This document shows, piece by piece, positions 58,963-64,000 of a stretch of 64,000 nucleotides of DNA. The position numbers were made by a program, and so were the translations under genes. The stretch spans positions 8,787 through 72,786 of the forward strand of contig JAEUOJ010000201.1 of assembly GCA_016789495.1 (NCBI GenBank), written 5' to 3'. The notes under the pieces are model-generated. The model searched no databases, had not been told where the DNA came from, and saw only the letters and a list, made by a program, of their open reading frames with translations. The stretch comes from Accumulibacter sp. (lineage in GTDB: Bacteria > Pseudomonadota > Gammaproteobacteria > Burkholderiales > Rhodocyclaceae). Position 1 is the stretch's first letter; each line of letters starts with the position of its first letter.

Positions 58963-60510
58963 CTACTTCCGGTCATCAAGGCTTCCCTGTGGGTCCACCA
59001 CCTCCGCCGGGTTCGGCGGCAGAGTTTCTTCAGCGGTCTGTACTGACTGGTGTACGTATTTTTTGACCGTCCGTCTATCGAGACCCGTTCGCCGCGCGAC
59101 TTCCTCATACGTGCCCAAACGTTGATGGAGCCATTGACAATAGCGTACGAGCAAGGTGCTGGCGGCGAGGCGGCCACCTTCACTCACCTGCCACATGGCC
59201 TCGCCACGCGTTGTCGCCGGCGTCTCGTCGTCGGCTGAGTAGCGTCCGGTCAGTAGAACGCGACGCACCGCCTGCTCAAGTTCGCGCACATTGCCCGGCC
59301 ACAGGTAGTCGCGCGGCAGGGAGCGGCGAAGCGCATCGACGACACGATCGCTGACCGTCTGGTCGGGGGTGCCGAGTGTGCGTGTCACCAACCGTCCAAC
59401 CAGTGTGGCGAACTCGTCCGGCGCTTCGGCCAGACGTTGGCGCAGCGGTGGCAGCGTGATCGCGTCCGAGCACAGGCGGTAATAAAAATCGTGACGAAAC
59501 TTGCCCCCGGCCATCAACTGATGCAAGGGGCGATTGGTCGCCGCGATGACTCGTCCGGCGAAGCGCTGTACCTGATGACTGCCGATCGGCGTGAAACTGC
59601 GCTCCTGCAACACTTGCAGCAGCTTGATCTGGATCGGAACGCTGACCTCGCCGATCTCGTCGAGAAATAAGGTGCCGTGCGCGCTTGACCGCGCGAGAAC
59701 GCCTTCGTGATGCTCGATGGCGCCAGTGAAGGCGCCTCTGCGGTGGCCGAAGAGCTCCGACTCGATCAGACCTTCGGGAAACTGCGACAGATTGATGGCG
59801 ATGAAACTATCGGCGAAGTTGGCGACAAAGCGCCGCTCGCGGCATAGATAGGGGATGAACGCCGAGCGTCCGATGGCCGCCGCCGCCTGTCCTTTACCGG
59901 TTCCGGTTTCTCCCAGCAGCAGCGTCGAAAAATCTTCCATCCGGCTCCATAAATGGGCGTCGAAGAGCTGCATGTCATGGGTGAAAACGTTGTTCCAGAG
60001 CGCGAGACGCAAGCGCTTCATTGACGGGCTGTCGCCCGCCAATCCCTCCTCAATGAAGTAATACGCCCGACGCAGCTGGTGGAACAGTGCGAAATATCGC
60101 GCAGCTTCGTCCTCGGCGAAGCCACGGTTGACCAGTTCGCCAAGCAGCCGATCGGCCAGTTGCGCCTCGACGCGCGTTTCGCGCCGACTTGCTTGGCGCT
60201 CGATCAAGGCATCGATACTGGAGAGATGCCGGTGATAAACATCGAATAGAAATACCGGCTTCAGACAGCGGGCGTCGACGGCAGCCAGGGTGCTCAAGGC
60301 AATTCGCCCCGTGGTATCGAGTGCCTGCAAACGGCGGCCGATAACCACCTTTAAAGCTTCGCTGTCGGCCATTCCGGGGCGCATCATCTCGCCAACCGCT
60401 TCGCGTACCCGCTGCGCGCGGTCGTCCGAGAAGGGATTGGAAAAGACGATCTGTCCGACACGCAGGAAAAAATCGCGATCTTCTGCGCTCAAAGCAAACG
60501 ACCCAACCAT
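58963..60510 (-). CDS. Sigma-54-dependent enhancer-binding protein with unrecognised N-terminal domain
   Basis: LLGETGTGKG, ESELFGHRRGAFTGA, LFLDEIGE, WPGNVRELEQ, C-terminal HTH. Confidence 0.93.
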   Translation of the reverse strand: MVGSFALSAEDRDFFLRVGQIVFSNPFSDDRAQRVREAVGEMMRPGMADSEALKVVIGRRLQALDTTGRIALSTLAAVDARCLKPVFLFDVYHRHLSSIDALIERQASRRETRVEAQLADRLLGELVNRGFAEDEAARYFALFHQLRRAYYFIEEGLAGDSPSMKRLRLALWNNVFTHDMQLFDAHLWSRMEDFSTLLLGETGTGKGQAAAAIGRSAFIPYLCRERRFVANFADSFIAINLSQFPEGLIESELFGHRRGAFTGAIEHHEGVLARSSAHGTLFLDEIGEVSVPIQIKLLQVLQERSFTPIGSHQVQRFAGRVIAATNRPLHQLMAGGKFRHDFYYRLCSDAITLPPLRQRLAEAPDEFATLVGRLVTRTLGTPDQTVSDRVVDALRRSLPRDYLWPGNVRELEQAVRRVLLTGRYSADDETPATTRGEAMWQVSEGGRLAASTLLVRYCQWLHQRLGTYEEVARRTGLDRRTVKKYVHQSVQTAEETLPPNPAEVVDPQGSLDDRK

Positions 60511-60565
60511 GGAAGCACCTCCAAAAAACGTACATTTTATGTAATGGATGCACGCACTGAATGCC

Positions 60566-60601
60566 TACAAGTAATATGACCTTCTTATTTTATTACTTGT
60601 A
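60566..60601. promoter_or_regulatory. Inverted repeat upstream of the sigma-54 promoter
   Basis: TACAAGTAATA-N14-TATTACTTGTA; a second palindrome TACAT-TTT-ATGTA lies at 60531-60543. Confidence 0.5.
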
Positions 60602-60618
60602 AATTAAAGCACTATGAA

Positions 60619-60634
60619 TGGCACAAAATCTGCT
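60619..60634 (+). promoter_or_regulatory. Sigma-54 (-24/-12) promoter
   Basis: TGGCACAAAATCTGCT (GG-N10-GC), divergent from the activator gene. Confidence 0.85.
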
Positions 60635-60672
60635 TGAAAGCTTATGTTCCAACTTCAACGAAAGACATTCGG

Positions 60673-61059
60673 ATGAACATCACTCTGAATCATATGAACC
60701 TCTGGGCCGCTTGGATCGGAATCCTGCTGGGCATGCTCAGCGGGGCACTGATCGGTCTCTTTTTCCATCATCAGGCGTGGTTGGGCGGCTACGATAGCTG
60801 GCGCCGGCGCCTGCTACGATTAGGTCATATCAGCTTCTTCGGCATCGCTTTTCTCAATCTGGCTTTCGCCAGTACGTTTAACTTGGTCACTGGTGATCCT
60901 CCTGCTTTTGCCGCCTGGTCGCTGCTTGCCGGCGCGGTGTTGATGCCGGCCGTCTGTTTCCTTGCCGCGTGGCGCCAACCCTTTCGCCACCTTTTCTTCC
61001 TGCCAGTTCTGTCGCTATTGAGCGGTGTCGCCGGCGTGCTTTTTGGCGAGGTGTTGTGA
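60673..61059 (+). CDS. Four-TM membrane protein of unknown function
   Basis: Hydrophobic helices, WLGGYDSWRRRLLRLGH; stop overlaps the next start (TGATG). Confidence 0.8.
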   Translation: MNITLNHMNLWAAWIGILLGMLSGALIGLFFHHQAWLGGYDSWRRRLLRLGHISFFGIAFLNLAFASTFNLVTGDPPAFAAWSLLAGAVLMPAVCFLAAWRQPFRHLFFLPVLSLLSGVAGVLFGEVL

Positions 61060-62456
61060 TGAACAATTTTCACTTCATGTCTTCGTCGCCACCATCGACA
61101 ACGAGCCAGAGAATGACGGCGGTTATGCCAAAGAGAACATTGAAGATCGCTTTTATCGCCATGAGCGGTTTGCGTGCCTGCGATCCGGAATTGACTGCAC
61201 TCGGACTGACGCTACCCGGCTTTGTCGAACGCAACCGCAGTATCGCTTCGCTGCCCAGCCTCGGCTTGCTGACTCTGGCCGGCATGACGCCAACATGCCA
61301 TCAACGGCGCTATCTTGAAATGCCGGACCTCAGCAACATTGACGCCTTGCCGCGCGACATCGACCTGGTTGCCATTTCGAGTTTCAGCGCACAGATCAAA
61401 GAAGCCTATCAGGTGGTGGCGTACTACCGCGCGCTCGGCATCCCTGTCGTCATCGGCGGCTTGCACGTCACGGCTCTGCCACAAGAGGCGATTGCGCATG
61501 GGGCGACAGCGGTCGCTGGCGAGGGCGAGACCGTGTGGCTCGAAATCCTGCACGATGTCGAACGTGGTCAATTGCGCTCCCTTTACGACGCCCGCGGTGC
61601 CGAGTTCAATCTCGCCGCGGCACCGATGCCGGCTTACGAACTACTGGACATCGAGCGTTACAACCGAATCACCGTGCAAACCAGTCGCGGCTGCCCTTGG
61701 CGGTGCAATTTTTGCGCGAGCTCGATTCTGCTTACCCGTAAATATAAGCAGAAACCCGCCGCGCAAGTATTGGCTGAAATCGACCGCATCCGCTCGTTCT
61801 GGTCGCGACCGTTCATCGAGTTCGCCGACGACAACAGCTTTTGTCACCGCACCTACTGGAAAGCGCTGTTGCCGGAGATCGCCAAGCGGCAGATCAAATG
61901 GTTCACCGAAAGCGATCTCTCGATTTATGAGGACGAGGAATTGTTAATCCTGATGCGTGAGGCCGGCTGTGCGGAGGTGCTGATCGGATTTGAAAGTCCA
62001 ACCGACCAAGGGCTCGACAGGTTGGAAACGAAGCGCAACTGGAAACTTACCCGGGCGCCGCAATACCGCGAAGCGATCCGTCGCATCCAAGAGCATGGCA
62101 TCCGGGTCAACGCCTGCTTCGTCCTTGGACTCGATGGCCAGACAACGCGCGTCTTTGACCAAGTTCTCGACTTCGTCGAAGACGCCTTACCGTTCGACGT
62201 GCAGGTGACGGTGCCGACACCGTTTCCTGGTACGCCATTTTTCGCGCAACTGCAACGAGAAGGGCGACTCTTGGCAGATCGGGCCTGGGAACGTTGCACC
62301 CTGTTCGACGTGAACTTTCAACCGACCCATATGAGCGCACAGGATCTGGCCGCCGGAATGCGGCAAACCGTTGTCGCTCTCTACAGCGAAGAAGCCACCG
62401 CGCGACGGCGCCAGCATTTCAAAGCGTTGCAGAATAGGCTGTCAATCGCCGCTTGA
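61059..62456 (+). CDS. Cobalamin-binding radical SAM protein
   Basis: PSLGLLTLA, VVIGGLHVT, GEGE, TSRGCPWRCNFC, FADDN, IGFES, TPFPGTP. Start uncertain. Confidence 0.93.
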   Translation: MNNFHFMSSSPPSTTSQRMTAVMPKRTLKIAFIAMSGLRACDPELTALGLTLPGFVERNRSIASLPSLGLLTLAGMTPTCHQRRYLEMPDLSNIDALPRDIDLVAISSFSAQIKEAYQVVAYYRALGIPVVIGGLHVTALPQEAIAHGATAVAGEGETVWLEILHDVERGQLRSLYDARGAEFNLAAAPMPAYELLDIERYNRITVQTSRGCPWRCNFCASSILLTRKYKQKPAAQVLAEIDRIRSFWSRPFIEFADDNSFCHRTYWKALLPEIAKRQIKWFTESDLSIYEDEELLILMREAGCAEVLIGFESPTDQGLDRLETKRNWKLTRAPQYREAIRRIQEHGIRVNACFVLGLDGQTTRVFDQVLDFVEDALPFDVQVTVPTPFPGTPFFAQLQREGRLLADRAWERCTLFDVNFQPTHMSAQDLAAGMRQTVVALYSEEATARRRQHFKALQNRLSIAA

Positions 62457-62995
62457 CAGCAAGCATACAGACATCCAGCTGTAATATCCGTAAGCATTGC
62501 AGCGACCACCAGGCTTTCGACAGTAGGACAAGAAGCTGGACTAGGCGGGGAATCTGGATGCGTGCGCGAGAGGAACATGAGGACGCCTCGCTGGCGAGCG
62601 GCGAGGATGTGACCGAGAAACGCCGCTTCGTCGCATGCCGCCTCTCCCTGAAATATGCCGACCAGCCCTGCGCAACCCATTTCAATGCGCGCGCTCGATG
62701 GCAGCAATCCGGTATACGAGTCGGCTCAGCGGGTCACGGCACTTGCTGGGCCGAGCCCGCCTGATGCCGAACCCCGCCGCCCTGGCCATCGACACGGCTT
62801 CGGAAGCAAGCCCTCAACTGATCAGTCGACATACCAAATCGAAAATCAGCCAACCAAAAAGACCGGCAAGCTCCAATGGCATGATTCGTAACGCTGATCT
62901 AAGCAGTGTCAAACAAAAACAAGTGCTAACACTGCAGTGTTCGAAACTTGCAACTGCGCGCACCTGGTACAAAACAGGCGCGCCGCTCGAAAAAA

Positions 62996-63700
62996 TCAGA
63001 TACGGCGACGCCGCACAGCGAATCCTGCAAGGGCGACCCCAAACAGAGCTAGCGAGGAAGGCTCCGGCACGACGGCAGGCGACAGGTCCATAAGGATGGG
63101 CATATCCCCAGGAGGATCTCCATCCGCGGTAAGTGGTTGGCTAGCACTGAAGACAAGCGTCAGTTGCCCTTGTGGCAGTGTAAACCTAACGTTAGCCCTG
63201 TTAATGGTTAAGGTATCAGCGGACCAGCCTATAGTCAGTTTGGCTGTTTGATTGAGCGTCTGAGTCACTCCATTTACCGTGATTGGTCGGCTAAAGTTTA
63301 GCGTGTAATCAACACCTTGACCACAATTCGGGAAGGGCCCCGGCAAGCAAGGTCCCGCCGAACCACCGCCAGTGTCACCCACTGCGAAGTCGAAGTTTTG
63401 CAGTAGACCGTTCAAAGCGCCTGGAATGTTAGTATCCGCATTGATATTCAGCGCCTGCAGACGAACCATGTCATACGGGAGGCCCAGACCCCAAGTTGGC
63501 GCACCGTTGCCAACCGTGCCAATGCCAGGCTGAGCAGTTTGCGGGACTTCGCAAGCCCCCTGAATGGGCCCTGTACCACACACACCCAGTCCACTAAAAA
63601 TAATCTCGGGACTCGTGATACTGATCGGAACTGCTTGGCCAACGGCCGGCAAAGTCAACAGCGCTACCACGAACAGCCGCGTCAAATTATTATTGTACAT
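62996..63700 (-). CDS. PEP-CTERM exosortase-target protein
   Basis: Signal peptide, Cys pairs, ends VPEPSSLALFGVALAGFAVRRRRI; visibly lower GC than its neighbours. Confidence 0.93.
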   Translation of the reverse strand: MYNNNLTRLFVVALLTLPAVGQAVPISITSPEIIFSGLGVCGTGPIQGACEVPQTAQPGIGTVGNGAPTWGLGLPYDMVRLQALNINADTNIPGALNGLLQNFDFAVGDTGGGSAGPCLPGPFPNCGQGVDYTLNFSRPITVNGVTQTLNQTAKLTIGWSADTLTINRANVRFTLPQGQLTLVFSASQPLTADGDPPGDMPILMDLSPAVVPEPSSLALFGVALAGFAVRRRRI

Positions 63701-64000
63701 ATGGCATCCATTCTTAGAATCATTGCACGAGGTGATGACACCACGCAGGATGAAACACCTACCGCCAACTCACTTAAAAAGTTAGAAGCACCAAGGCTGT
63801 TGTTTGTCCTCAGCAACTGCGTTAGCTTTTGGTGGCACTATTTTCTCGCATCGCTGAAGATTTTACATATTCGATGCTTTATTGCGCCTGTAGCTTACCT
63901 TGCTTCGCGCCAATGGGTAGTACACATAAAAATTCACCAAACTCGTCAAAATTTCGACGCGCAAAGCTTAAGCAATCTTTGTACCTAAATAAAATAACTA

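Noticed and set aside
63833-63850. Sigma-54 promoter near the PEP-CTERM gene
   Set aside because: TGGCAC is on the opposite strand and the GG-to-GC spacing is 12 rather than 10.

Overview
GC-rich betaproteobacterial DNA with a Rhodocyclales-like gene style, compatible with Ca. Accumulibacter or relatives, though the taxon cannot be proven from the window. Left to right it contains: (1) a sodium:solute symporter translationally coupled to a membrane class III adenylate cyclase; (2) a five-gene accessory operon TIR / TIR-like / MoxR AAA+ / membrane vWA-WD40 / polytopic membrane-TIR, resembling a membrane-anchored MoxR-vWA conflict or defence system; (3) an AraC-divergent fatty-acid-to-PHA operon (MaoC pair, acyl-CoA ligase, Pseudomonas-type class II phaC-phaZ, fadB/fadA, second hydratase-dehydrogenase, fadL); (4) a phenylacetate (paa) cluster without paaABCDE in this window but with a single ferritin-like di-iron protein plus a 2Fe-2S/FAD reductase behind a PaaX-type operator; (5) a FecR-TPR-beta-barrel outer-membrane protein followed by two small exported proteins sharing a C-terminal C-x8-GG-x3-P-x4-C motif; (6) further PHA/lipid genes (divergent PhaC-like protein, PHB depolymerase fusion, fadH with TetR); (7) an IS110 remnant, a sigma-54 activator with its divergent membrane-protein/B12-radical-SAM operon, and a PEP-CTERM protein. 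No rRNA, tRNA or CRISPR array was seen. All calls come from motif recognition by eye; no searches were run.
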